Below, piece after piece: positions 46,955-56,307 of a DNA stretch of 64,000 nucleotides. This DNA is from Klebsiella phage vB_KpM_FBKp24: the sequence record MW394391.1; one strand, 5' to 3'. How positions within the stretch are numbered: position 1 is the stretch's first letter; each line of letters starts with the position of its first letter. The translations under genes were made by a program, and so were the position numbers. Below the pieces are notes generated by a model. That model was not told the DNA's origin. It saw nothing but the letters and a program-made list of their open reading frames with translations, and did not search any database.

Positions 46955-48199
46955 TTACCCCTTCACGCAGACTATTTGTTTCAACGTAAAAAGAACTTCC
47001 ACGAGATCGTCTTGCGAACGCATTACATCGTCAATGTTCTTATACGCTTTTGGTGTTTCATCGATGACATCTTTGTCTTTGCGGCATTCGACGCCTTCAG
47101 TGTCACGTATTTGATCTTCTACTGTGAAGACACGTTTTGCTTCTCCACGGGACATCAGACGACCGGCGCCATGGGAACACGAGCAGAATGATTCTGAATT
47201 CCCTTTCCCGCGTACCACAAATGTTTTTGCACCCATCGACCCGGGAATAATAGCGAGATCGGTTGTCCTGGCTCTGACCGCCCCTTTACGGGTAACAAGG
47301 ACGTTTTGATCAAAGTGATTTTCCAGCGCAACGTAGTTATGATGACAATTGATGGCGGTCACTTTATTCTCGAAGGGTTTTTGTAAAACCTTATGCAGCG
47401 CAATCAGTGTTGCATTGAGCATAATGGCGCGGTTTACAGCCGCGAAGTCCTGTGCCCATTGCACAGCTTCTAGGTAGTCTTTGTAGTAGACCGACCCTTC
47501 CGGTAAATAAGCCAGGTCGTCATCAACTAAATGGATAAAGAAACGCGCCATTTCTTCCTTTGCTTTCTCAATGAAGAAACGACCAATTGCGTTACCTATA
47601 CCGCGAGAACCGGAATGAATTACTATCCAAAGTGAGTCATTCTGGTCGAGTGATAATTCAACAAAATGATTGCCGCTACCCAACGTTCCTGCGTGTGAAG
47701 CAAAACGGTTCGCGTTACGTAACAGAGTAGGGTATTTATCAGTGATGAACTTCAAGCGATTCTCTAATGAGACTAACTCGGCTTTAAGCTGTAGCGTTAA
47801 GTTTTGAGGGTCATTATTACCCCACGCTCCCCGGTCGTTCGGCCCACCGTTATCGGTACGGCCATGGGGGATGAGTTGTTCAATCGCGCTACGAATACCG
47901 GAAAGATCTGTTGGTAAGTCCTCGCGTTTTAACGATGTCTGTTGACCCACCAACCCGCAACCAATGTCAACACCAAGCGCAGCAGGAATAATGGCCCCCT
48001 TTGTTGCAATGACAGAACCTATTGTCGCACCCATCCCCCAGTGGACATCGGGCATGACTGCGATATGCTTGAAGATAAACGGTAAGGTAGTGAGGTTATG
48101 AAGTTGTTTTTCTGCCTGCTCTTCCACTGGGACAAATTTTGTCCAAGATTTAATGTTGACTTTGTCACCTTTAATAAAAACAATATTTGAATCTGACAT
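46955..48199 (-). CDS. rtcB: RNA-splicing ligase RtcB
   Basis: MPDVHWGMGATIGSV. NCHHNYVALENH (conserved His-rich active site). ~414 aa. Confidence 0.9.
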   Translation of the reverse strand: MSDSNIVFIKGDKVNIKSWTKFVPVEEQAEKQLHNLTTLPFIFKHIAVMPDVHWGMGATIGSVIATKGAIIPAALGVDIGCGLVGQQTSLKREDLPTDLSGIRSAIEQLIPHGRTDNGGPNDRGAWGNNDPQNLTLQLKAELVSLENRLKFITDKYPTLLRNANRFASHAGTLGSGNHFVELSLDQNDSLWIVIHSGSRGIGNAIGRFFIEKAKEEMARFFIHLVDDDLAYLPEGSVYYKDYLEAVQWAQDFAAVNRAIMLNATLIALHKVLQKPFENKVTAINCHHNYVALENHFDQNVLVTRKGAVRARTTDLAIIPGSMGAKTFVVRGKGNSESFCSCSHGAGRLMSRGEAKRVFTVEDQIRDTEGVECRKDKDVIDETPKAYKNIDDVMRSQDDLVEVLFTLKQIVCVKG

Positions 48200-48213
48200 T
48201 TTTATTTCCTCAG

Positions 48214-48933
48214 TTATTTAACCATGTTACGGCATTGTTCCAGAGTGAAACCTTTCTCCATGAGATCGGCCACCATGATTTCATGTTGCATTTTATACTG
48301 CTCAAACAACACTTTTATCTCAACAACAGTACCCGCGCTGTCTACTAGTTTAACCGTGAAAGATTCTTCGTTGACGGCGTACGTATTGGTTACAAAGAAC
48401 TCCTGTAACGCTTTTAAAATCAACCCCATTAGAAAGAAGTTGGGTAAATCCAGAAACAGATCGTGATACTCCGTAAGTCCCTTGCCCCAACGATAATAAA
48501 TATCAAGGACATCTACGTTTGGCCCAGAAAAAGATATCGGACCACCTTCGTTTTTCTTTATCGTGATCACGTTCTGTTTAAGTATAACCTCCTTAAAGAA
48601 AATCTCATTAAACAAAGCGCGGTCGTAATGGTAGGGAAGAATTTTAATTTGGAAGCAGGATTCCAAATCCTCTCCGGGTAATTCGTTGACCATAGGGTAC
48701 ATGGCACGTTCCCAGTAACTATTTTTATCGTCACCTACTTCTTTTACGGTGTCGAGATAGGAAAGCCAACCCCGTAGAATGGAGTCAAACACGGGATTAG
48801 CGAAGAAGTCGGGGACAGTTGTTACTATCTTCTCCAACCTGTCAAGGAACGCCCCAGTCATCTCAAGTGGGTCAGTGTGTTCTCGATTCTCGTCCGGATC
48901 AACATCTGTTTGCGCTAATAAATTAAAGTCCAT
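48214..48933 (-). CDS. hypothetical protein (239 aa)
   Basis: ORF. Confidence 0.55.
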   Translation of the reverse strand: MDFNLLAQTDVDPDENREHTDPLEMTGAFLDRLEKIVTTVPDFFANPVFDSILRGWLSYLDTVKEVGDDKNSYWERAMYPMVNELPGEDLESCFQIKILPYHYDRALFNEIFFKEVILKQNVITIKKNEGGPISFSGPNVDVLDIYYRWGKGLTEYHDLFLDLPNFFLMGLILKALQEFFVTNTYAVNEESFTVKLVDSAGTVVEIKVLFEQYKMQHEIMVADLMEKGFTLEQCRNMVK

Positions 48934-48951
48934 CCCTTCCGCCTTTTTTAA

Positions 48952-49515
48952 TTAGAACCAATCCTCAATGACCCTTTCCAGGTCACCTACGCTACTACTC
49001 AACCATTTCGTTTCGTCCGTCCATTCTGTCCAAGGTTGAACTTCGTCTAACAAAGAACAACCTTTACGCACTTTGATAACGGAAAGATCGAGATTAAAAA
49101 CAATCTCGTGTTGAGTCAGTTGCAAATAGAAGATCCCCGTCTGTGATTCTTCATCCCAGTAGGTCCCGCTGGAGTAGGGTAAGGTAGAGCCCTCTTCATT
49201 TTTTCCTTGAACCCCTTCATCCCAAAATCGTTTTACCCATGGACCAGTTTCATCGAGATCTCTTTCAGCTCTGTCAGAAAAATCGATAAAGGTAAACTGC
49301 CACCGAGAAATGAGTTTTTTCATTTTCTCAACGAGGACTTTTCGGGTCAGGGGCTCTTCTGCAAATGTAGGCGAATTAAAGAGTGGTTCTTCTTTCCGTT
49401 CCATTTGCTCACGAATTTTCCCAGTGAGATCCCAGCGCTCGGTATGCTCCGCCAATTCACTTAGAATCTCGTCCACTACTTCACGAGTGAGTACAACCAC
49501 TTTATCGTTAAACAT
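48952..49515 (-). CDS. hypothetical protein (187 aa)
   Basis: ORF. Confidence 0.5.
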   Translation of the reverse strand: MFNDKVVVLTREVVDEILSELAEHTERWDLTGKIREQMERKEEPLFNSPTFAEEPLTRKVLVEKMKKLISRWQFTFIDFSDRAERDLDETGPWVKRFWDEGVQGKNEEGSTLPYSSGTYWDEESQTGIFYLQLTQHEIVFNLDLSVIKVRKGCSLLDEVQPWTEWTDETKWLSSSVGDLERVIEDWF

Positions 49516-49517
49516 CT

Positions 49518-49820
49518 TTAGAGCACCTTATTAATCAAATACAGTTTCACCCGGACAATAACTTCATGACAATAGTCGTTATCAGAGATCGCTTCTAAAG
49601 CAGAACATTCGATAGCAGTAAGAATCCTTCTTGGTTGCCACCCGCCTGCCAGCGCCGCATCAATGAATCCCGTCCAATCAATAGTGAATCCTGCGTTAAA
49701 TATTTTACCTACTGCGATATCTAACGGCAAACCGTGAGTAGCCACCAGGAAGAACAATTTATCTCCCGAGAACAAATTATTTTTCATTTCGCAATTTCCC
49801 TCCGATTGCATCGATTTCAT
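49518..49820 (-). CDS. hypothetical protein (100 aa)
   Basis: ORF. Confidence 0.4.
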   Translation of the reverse strand: MKSMQSEGNCEMKNNLFSGDKLFFLVATHGLPLDIAVGKIFNAGFTIDWTGFIDAALAGGWQPRRILTAIECSALEAISDNDYCHEVIVRVKLYLINKVL

Positions 49821-50304
49821 CCATCAAGGGCTTCAGTGCATAAAGGCCCTCAATCGCTTCTAACGAATGATCTGCCCGTAACCGAGACACACTCTCACGA
49901 TGACGTTCAAACCACTCAGCGTCCGTTTCAGGGACTTCTAAGATCTCCCACCAACGTGCGGTAGATTTCTTTTTCCGACCGAACCGTTTCCCTTCGCGAA
50001 GCTCTACTTCTTGAATAACAAAACGACCTCTCCCGGTGACTACTTCCTCGAGGTCACTGATGGGTGAATATTCTTCGGTGACGTTACCTGCCCACATCTC
50101 CTTGAAATTGATTTCCCAACGGCATCGACTGCCCCAAGCAAAATAAATCCCAGTAGTTTCGATTAAAATAACTTTGCCATTTTCAGAGGTAAATGATGCC
50201 GCCGGGGAAACGCCTCGCCGGAACCAAGTGCGGCTACCAATGATTAACATTTTACCGTGTTCACTGGAGACAAACGAGGCTAAGATCATTATTTTATTCT
50301 CCAC
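49777..50304 (-). CDS. hypothetical protein (175 aa)
   Basis: ORF. Confidence 0.5.
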   Translation of the reverse strand: MENKIMILASFVSSEHGKMLIIGSRTWFRRGVSPAASFTSENGKVILIETTGIYFAWGSRCRWEINFKEMWAGNVTEEYSPISDLEEVVTGRGRFVIQEVELREGKRFGRKKKSTARWWEILEVPETDAEWFERHRESVSRLRADHSLEAIEGLYALKPLMDEIDAIGGKLRNEK

Positions 50305-50663
50305 ATTCTGCGGGCTATACGTCGCTCTGCCGGACTCGTTGGCTCATGACTGCCAGTATTGTAAACGTCGAATAAATAATCACCTGTACCTTCTTCTATT
50401 AAAATCTTTCTTCCTGAGCGAAAAAATTCTGCGCGAGATTTTCGCTCATGGTCGTAAACACTTTCTATTTCCTCTACCGAGACACCAAAAACCGCACCCA
50501 GTTCTTCTAAACGCAAACCGGAGGAAATTGCTTTTTCAATGTCGACCCCGATGAGCCTCTCCGAAATTTCGAAGCGCTCCTGTCTGTGCCGGTCCATCAT
50601 TTCATGTTGCGCCTTAACAAGTCGACCTAAACTACTGTCCCAAAAATCGTCGTAGTTTGACAT
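50289..50663 (-). CDS. hypothetical protein (start re-assigned to MSNYDDFWD)
   Basis: The internal ATG removes the overlap with the upstream gene. Confidence 0.45.
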   Translation of the reverse strand: MSNYDDFWDSSLGRLVKAQHEMMDRHRQERFEISERLIGVDIEKAISSGLRLEELGAVFGVSVEEIESVYDHERKSRAEFFRSGRKILIEEGTGDYLFDVYNTGSHEPTSPAERRIARRMWRIK

Positions 50664-50664
50664 T

Positions 50665-51069
50665 TTATTCTCCGGTATCCATTGCGCCTTGGATGAGATT
50701 ATCGAGTTCCACAAATTCTTCAAATGTGGTATTTAAGTCCATAGACCCTGACATTTGGTAGTTACGGAAATTATGATACCGCTGCTCTTGATCGGTAAGA
50801 GGAGTGTATTCACCTCTCCCCTTTTTAATTTCCATTTTATAAATTTTTCGGCGATTAAGGCTCGTCAAAATACTGTCTTGAAGAGCAGTCAGACGTTGGA
50901 TGGTGATGGTTTTATCTGTTACCCGAAGCCGTGTGTCTTGTAAAGAAGATAAATTGTCACCGTTCGGCGTCACGATAATTAAATTAGGACGAGAGGCACA
51001 AAACTCACGGATTCTTTTCAGGAGACTTGTCAAAGACTCATCATTCATTTTGTTTTCCTCAGGTGCCAT
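50665..51069 (-). CDS. hypothetical protein (134 aa)
   Basis: ORF. Confidence 0.5.
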   Translation of the reverse strand: MAPEENKMNDESLTSLLKRIREFCASRPNLIIVTPNGDNLSSLQDTRLRVTDKTITIQRLTALQDSILTSLNRRKIYKMEIKKGRGEYTPLTDQEQRYHNFRNYQMSGSMDLNTTFEEFVELDNLIQGAMDTGE

Positions 51070-51290
51070 TGTACAATGATTTCTTCGTAAAGTTTATTTG
51101 CTGATTCTTGGTCGTGAAAATGAAACCACTCGAAATTGCTGGGGTTGGAATAATAAAGTACCCCGATGGACGGTTTAGATTCACCCCAGAGCGGGAAATG
51201 TTTTTGAATAGGTGGCGTGACATGTACCAATTCATCGAAATTGACGACACGGCCATTGATCACAATTTTCTTTAGGTTAGTATCGGCCAT
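51045..51290 (-). CDS. hypothetical protein (82 aa; start MADTNLKK)
   Basis: AAGGGGGT RBS 8 nt upstream of ATG 51290. Confidence 0.5.
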   Translation of the reverse strand: MADTNLKKIVINGRVVNFDELVHVTPPIQKHFPLWGESKPSIGVLYYSNPSNFEWFHFHDQESANKLYEEIIVQWHLRKTK

Positions 51291-51318
51291 GTTATGAAAC
51301 CCCCTTGTTAAGAGTGAA

Positions 51319-51657
51319 ATGAATATGAGACTGGACGACGGTATTCTAACTTTCTTTTGCCCGGGTTGCGAGACCACCCATTCTGTTTCGGTCGAACCAA
51401 CTGACCCTTGTTACTGGACGTGGAATGGGTCGTTAGAGAAACCAACGTTATCTCCGAGTGTTTTGACCCGCTCCGGTCATTACGTGGACGGTAGTCATGG
51501 TTGCTGGTGTAACTATTATACCGCGCACCCGGAAGAAGAAGTTGTCTTTAAGTGTTATCGCTGCCACAGCTTTATCCGCGACGGCAATATTGAATTCCTT
51601 TCTGACTGCAGCCATAAATTGGCAGGGCAGACTGTTCCTTTAGATCCATTAAAGTGA
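51319..51657 (+). CDS. Cys-rich (zinc-ribbon-like) protein on the plus strand (112 aa)
   Basis: CPGC, CWC and CYRCH motifs. A plus-oriented terminator hairpin follows. Confidence 0.4.
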   Translation: MNMRLDDGILTFFCPGCETTHSVSVEPTDPCYWTWNGSLEKPTLSPSVLTRSGHYVDGSHGCWCNYYTAHPEEEVVFKCYRCHSFIRDGNIEFLSDCSHKLAGQTVPLDPLK

Positions 51658-51666
51658 TATAGGCGT
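51654..51666 (-). promoter_or_regulatory. GTGATATAGGCGT motif copy
   Basis: Identical 15-mer to 31496-31510. Confidence 0.3.
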
Positions 51667-51667
51667 G

Positions 51668-51693
51668 AAACAGGGTCGATACGACCCTGTTTC
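51668..51693 (+). terminator. terminator hairpin (plus-oriented)
   Basis: AAACAGGGTCG-ATA-CGACCCTGTTT followed by CCGTTTGT. Confidence 0.55.
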
Positions 51694-51704
51694 CGTTTGT
51701 GCTA

Positions 51705-53096
51705 CTAACCCACTTTTTTCATAGTAGAATAACTGACCGCTTCCACGGGTTTAGTGACATCATATTCCCGCAAGGCAATTTCAAAGGTCTCAGGGCTATG
51801 TTTATTTAACATGAACAACGCCTGTACTGAGGCACCCGGTAAAGGCGGGAAAGGAACTGGACTACGGGGTTCTGCATCAGGAAACGCCATTTTGAAGAAG
51901 CGGCGAATCTCTTTGTCCCCCAGAACTTCAACCTCTACACGAATGTCAATTCTACCATCCCTTAGAATTGCATCGTCCAGTTTCTCAGGGTGATTCGTGG
52001 TCAAGAACACAATGACATCATTCAGACGCATTACGCCATCTAGTGCGTTGAGGAAATCAGACAAACTCCCATTCAGGTATTCGTCCATTGCCTTGTCGTC
52101 TGATTTCGTTTCTTCTAATGTCCCCGGTACCCCGTGAGGCATTTCGATAACATTCAACCCAGACGACTCTTTTTCCTTTTCTTTTAATTCAACTATTGTC
52201 TTTTCTTTACTGCGTGCTTTCGTAAAAGAGTAAGTATCAATATCCTCGATGATGACAACACCACCCGCCGCGCGCTGGAATAATGCCTGATATTGTAATC
52301 CGCCGCTCGGTTTAAGGGTATGAATGTTACGACCTAAAGCCCCAGCCAGTGCGGAAATAAGACTGCTCTTACCAGTGCCAGGTAGCCCATAAAGTAATAC
52401 TGTAAATTTATAAGGTAATCCCCGCGAATGGTACCACTCTTTACTCCGACTAAATTCAAAGACGGGTTCAATCAATCCTTTTTGTACATTATCAGTAACA
52501 ACAATAGTGTCCAGGCTCCGCTTAGGGAGACGGCAGAGGTATTCCCAATTGGCGGTATTGTTGACAAATGCACCGACTGTATTTTTAGTGTCACTTTTCA
52601 CCATGAACGCATCCATCAGTTCGAGTATTGCCTTATGGCTTCGCCCAAACTTACTGATACTCAACCGGTATTTAGAAGCATTAGACGCATTGGCGTCTAT
52701 TTCAATGATTTTAAATACAAAGAGCGTACCGCGATAGAAAAAGAAATGAGAACCCACACCCGGACCTACCGCGCCGTCCGTCCCACTACTTTCCCCATCG
52801 ATAGTAATCGTTCTGCTCCAGTGAAACCAACTGTTCAATGAGAACCAATTAAGGAAGGCAGTGTACTGCTCTGAGTTATAATTAGTCCAGTTGGTGCTGG
52901 CAGTATTGAAAATCAAACTGGTAACGAATTGCCTTTTAACCCACTGAATCACCGCTTTGGGGGTTTTGATTAAACCCCAACCGATTGCGCCTGAGACAGC
53001 TAAAGAACTCGCAGTAACAATCGCGTTCTGTGCCATGGGGTAATCTTTAAAGTTAGACAATATATGGTCGTAAAACGACATTAGCTGTTCAAGCAT
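51705..53096 (-). CDS. AAA+ ATPase, BCS1-like (463 aa)
   Basis: LLYGLPGTGKSS. LNALDGV..VIVFLTTNHPEKLDDAILRDGRID. Confidence 0.8.
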   Translation of the reverse strand: MLEQLMSFYDHILSNFKDYPMAQNAIVTASSLAVSGAIGWGLIKTPKAVIQWVKRQFVTSLIFNTASTNWTNYNSEQYTAFLNWFSLNSWFHWSRTITIDGESSGTDGAVGPGVGSHFFFYRGTLFVFKIIEIDANASNASKYRLSISKFGRSHKAILELMDAFMVKSDTKNTVGAFVNNTANWEYLCRLPKRSLDTIVVTDNVQKGLIEPVFEFSRSKEWYHSRGLPYKFTVLLYGLPGTGKSSLISALAGALGRNIHTLKPSGGLQYQALFQRAAGGVVIIEDIDTYSFTKARSKEKTIVELKEKEKESSGLNVIEMPHGVPGTLEETKSDDKAMDEYLNGSLSDFLNALDGVMRLNDVIVFLTTNHPEKLDDAILRDGRIDIRVEVEVLGDKEIRRFFKMAFPDAEPRSPVPFPPLPGASVQALFMLNKHSPETFEIALREYDVTKPVEAVSYSTMKKVG

Positions 53097-53166
53097 TGAT
53101 AATCTCCGTTACACTGGTCTGGTCGTAGCATAAGGTTACATTCCGCCGTAAAAAGCAAAAAAAAAA

Positions 53167-53190
53167 GAGGAGGGAAATCCCTCCTCTTTT
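53167..53190 (-). terminator. rho-independent terminator
   Basis: GAGGAGGG-AAAT-CCCTCCTC flanked by A10/T4. Confidence 0.75.
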
Positions 53191-53193
53191 AGC

Positions 53194-53358
53194 TTATTCT
53201 AAATCGTTGAGTTCCTGACGCACGATCTTTTTATTGATACGACGCTCGGCGCGGTGAGTGAGCAACTTGGAGTACGGTCCCGGAATAGTCGGATTACCTG
53301 GGCGGGCGCTCCAATATTCTTGGCTCTGAGCCTTACTGCCGCGTTTGGTTCTTGCCAT
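53194..53358 (-). CDS. small basic protein (54 aa, MARTKRGSKAQSQEYW..). The alternative-frame ORF-track call is 53199..53414
   Basis: GAGGA RBS 8 nt upstream. The terminator follows immediately. Confidence 0.35.
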   Translation of the reverse strand: MARTKRGSKAQSQEYWSARPGNPTIPGPYSKLLTHRAERRINKKIVRQELNDLE

Positions 53359-53417
53359 CTTTTGAGTCCTCGAGTTGAAGTATGTAATCGAGGACGGACT
53401 TGAAAGTAATGCATAGC

Positions 53418-53801
53418 TTACCCCGCTGTAAATATTAAGAGTTTCTGATCAAAGTCAAAGTCTTGATGCCGAGCCATCAAAAAAGTTGAGAGTCCTTCAT
53501 AGTCGTTCCATCGATCGTCGTTCTGTTCATTGCTACACGCAATAATTTCAGAAATAATCATTGGGATATCTTCCTTACTAACAACCCACGGACCCAGTTC
53601 GTCGTTAGGGCAGATATTAACCCGTGCCATAATTTCAACTAGTGTACGCTGATTCTTCCACGTCGCTAGCCTTTTAGGCGCCACCGCGTCGTCATCGAAA
53701 ACTTCGTCGTATTCAAGTGTTTTCCCTACACCATCTTCGCCTGTAACCGGTTCCGGTACAGTCTCTTTATCGACCGAATAAAACGTGAGATAAAAGCCCA
53801 T
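53418..53801 (-). CDS. hypothetical protein (127 aa)
   Basis: ORF. Confidence 0.5.
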   Translation of the reverse strand: MGFYLTFYSVDKETVPEPVTGEDGVGKTLEYDEVFDDDAVAPKRLATWKNQRTLVEIMARVNICPNDELGPWVVSKEDIPMIISEIIACSNEQNDDRWNDYEGLSTFLMARHQDFDFDQKLLIFTAG

Positions 53802-54167
53802 CTATTCTCCGCCCCAGAAATAAGTTAAGATTGAATCAAAGTCAGCAATCTCCCAGAAAGTATCCAATTCAAGCCACGAGTCGATAATATCTAAGGGACC
53901 TTCTTTCATCCATTTGTCCAGTAACTCCCGAATCTCTTCGCCTGTTAAAACGAAGTGTATTCCTGGACGAGGGAGATTGTATTTGGCTTGTACCAGTTTA
54001 TGAAAATCTTCTGCCTGTACCCCGCTGATCCCTCTCATCGCTAACACCGGACCAAGGTGATGGCCGTAGGTTAAATACTGACGAGTCTCTCCTGCTTCAG
54101 TTTCGTAGGTAGCGATCTTTTCAGGAATAACACGGTCACGCTGAAATTCTCTGAGCTCAACGAACAT
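53802..54167 (-). CDS. hypothetical protein (121 aa)
   Basis: ORF. Confidence 0.5.
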   Translation of the reverse strand: MFVELREFQRDRVIPEKIATYETEAGETRQYLTYGHHLGPVLAMRGISGVQAEDFHKLVQAKYNLPRPGIHFVLTGEEIRELLDKWMKEGPLDIIDSWLELDTFWEIADFDSILTYFWGGE

Positions 54168-54172
54168 AGTCT

Positions 54173-54646
54173 TTAACCCTCAAACCGATAGACGATAATT
54201 TCAAAATCAGTATCCGAAAAAACCCGCTTGATATTTTCACTCACGCGCTCCCAGTCACCACCTGCTAACCCGCACCCCAATAGAGGGAAACCGACTTTTA
54301 AAACCCTCCCTTCCTTTTTCAGGATAGAGGCCATTAGTTTCAACGCCAGATAAAGAGCAGCGTAATGGGTTTTATAGTCAGGGTGCGAATGTTCGTGATG
54401 AAATTGACCACAAAGGTTGAAGCCCCATTGATTCCCATTCTTAGCAGCAGTTAATTTCCCCAAGCGTTTGTTGTAAGGGCGCTTATCGGAAAAGTAAGAT
54501 TCCGCTAACCAAGGCAATGCTTCGAATATTTTAACAGCAATACCGCTCTTAGCGACCCCAAAGCAATTGACTTGGTGGGCTATGACGTCAACTTCCTTAT
54601 TAAGAAAGGCTTCAATCAAATCCCCTTTTATTTCAGTGTATTTCAT
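54173..54646 (-). CDS. macro domain protein (ADP-ribose binding/processing)
   Basis: VDVIAHQVNCFGVAKSGIAVKI and GFPLLGCGLAGGDWE match macro-domain signature regions. Confidence 0.65.
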   Translation of the reverse strand: MKYTEIKGDLIEAFLNKEVDVIAHQVNCFGVAKSGIAVKIFEALPWLAESYFSDKRPYNKRLGKLTAAKNGNQWGFNLCGQFHHEHSHPDYKTHYAALYLALKLMASILKKEGRVLKVGFPLLGCGLAGGDWERVSENIKRVFSDTDFEIIVYRFEG

Positions 54647-54664
54647 AGCCCGCTCTCGCCGTGG

Positions 54665-55282
54665 TTAATTGATGATGAATTTACATTTTTCGAGGTGGTA
54701 TTCTTTCCCGCCAAAGCAGAGTTTCTTAACGTAATCCGGACGAGGGAGATTAACGTTCTCTGTGTAGGCGTTATGGGATACTAACGACTTGTTAACGACT
54801 TCGCCTTTGTTGTATTCAACGAGCCGACCGGGGAATTCTTGGGAAAAACCAAACCCCGAGAATTTCAATTTTACATGCGAATGAAAAGAGAGATTTCGCC
54901 AACCTGGGAATTTCAACCCTTTCACGTGGGCAGCGATAAAACGAATCAACGCAGTGTAAACTTTACCCAGTTCACCCGTGGTAATGACTTCGTCTTCGTT
55001 ACCGAAACGGAAGATGACTTTGGAATCGTGACCATCTTTATTACGGTACCAGTCGACGACAAAACGAGAGTAGTAACCGTAGAGACCATTCTCTGGCGTA
55101 CTGCGGTTACGGTAAGACTGCGCCGTATCGGAGTCGTACCGGTAGCACGTATTGTGCTCAAAAGGCTGACCCCGTCTGAAACCGATGAACTGCGCGAGCT
55201 GGACCGCCTGGATTAATGTCAGGTGTACGATCGTACCTAACTTGTTAGTAAGAATAAAGATAGGACTTGAAGCTGTTTGCAT
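54665..55282 (-). CDS. hypothetical protein (205 aa)
   Basis: ORF. Confidence 0.5.
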   Translation of the reverse strand: MQTASSPIFILTNKLGTIVHLTLIQAVQLAQFIGFRRGQPFEHNTCYRYDSDTAQSYRNRSTPENGLYGYYSRFVVDWYRNKDGHDSKVIFRFGNEDEVITTGELGKVYTALIRFIAAHVKGLKFPGWRNLSFHSHVKLKFSGFGFSQEFPGRLVEYNKGEVVNKSLVSHNAYTENVNLPRPDYVKKLCFGGKEYHLEKCKFIIN

Positions 55283-55287
55283 TCGTT

Positions 55288-55887
55288 TTACTCCTGCAGC
55301 AGTTTGGTTATTTCACCAATGAACTCGGAATGGTCTTCTATTTTATCTCGACCAATCTCCGAGCCCGTAATTTGATCATCAACATAACGAGAGACCAAGG
55401 CGTTGATTTTCCCAGCGGGACTGGAAAGGAATTCATCTGACTCAGCGTAATCAGCATTCCAGTTACGAATATAGAATGAAGGGTTAAAGGTCTCTGTCGT
55501 TCGGAAGTCAGGGAGTTTACCCACCATTAAAAGTTCCAACGAAGGAGAATAATGTACACCGTATTCAGTTCGACCGGTGTACTCGTTAAGTTCTGCCTTT
55601 GCCCAAATATTAAAACTGTCTATAATCCATACCCTGCTACATTTTAGAGCAATCTCCCTTTTCCAATCAGCAAGCGGGCCGTCTTGTAACATCGCTGAAA
55701 TATGCTCGTCGCTCATTATGACTTCGTAATAGTTCCGCCGGTTGAAATCTTCTAATCTCCTTTTTAAAAGGGAAAACAGATTCTGCTGCTCGGCGCTGAT
55801 AAAAGCGTCGTAATACTTATTGGTAATAAGATCTCTTTCTACTTCTGACAGCGGTTCTTTAAGAAAACCGAGTTTTGTTCTGGACAT
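55288..55887 (-). CDS. hypothetical protein (199 aa)
   Basis: ORF. Confidence 0.5.
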   Translation of the reverse strand: MSRTKLGFLKEPLSEVERDLITNKYYDAFISAEQQNLFSLLKRRLEDFNRRNYYEVIMSDEHISAMLQDGPLADWKREIALKCSRVWIIDSFNIWAKAELNEYTGRTEYGVHYSPSLELLMVGKLPDFRTTETFNPSFYIRNWNADYAESDEFLSSPAGKINALVSRYVDDQITGSEIGRDKIEDHSEFIGEITKLLQE

Positions 55888-55896
55888 TTTTACTCC

Positions 55897-56304
55897 TTAA
55901 TTAAAGTTGAACACCAATCGTTCAGCGCCCGATTCTTTGAGGATGTTTAATTGTTCGAACCACCACTCCCCAAGATGTTCCCGCCAACTCGCCGTTACGC
56001 CTTCCCCTTCGGGAAGAGTACTTCTTCCATCGCCACTACGGTCTTCTACGAGCGTATCGTAGTCAAAGTCCAGTAACACTTTGACATCCAAAATATAGTT
56101 ATAATCGTAATCGTAACTGATAGGTCTCCCTGCCTTTTCCCATTTATACGGCAAAGGAGGAACGCCAGCCATATTCCTTACGTCAGCGAGCCAACCGTAA
56201 ATAAAGTAGTTCTGGAAATCAAACCAATCCGCTCCTCCAGAAATAATCTCCCATTTCCCTTCTTTGTTTTTCTTCTCAAACCGTCCCTCGATATAAGCGC
56301 CCAT
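55897..56304 (-). CDS. hypothetical protein (135 aa)
   Basis: ORF. Confidence 0.5.
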   Translation of the reverse strand: MGAYIEGRFEKKNKEGKWEIISGGADWFDFQNYFIYGWLADVRNMAGVPPLPYKWEKAGRPISYDYDYNYILDVKVLLDFDYDTLVEDRSGDGRSTLPEGEGVTASWREHLGEWWFEQLNILKESGAERLVFNFN

Positions 56305-56307
56305 GTT

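Noticed and set aside
31496-51666. Identical 15-mer AAGTGATATAGGCGT at two sites taken as a mobile repeat
   Set aside because: A single 15-mer match is expected by chance in 64 kb. It is kept only as part of the multi-copy promoter-like motif.
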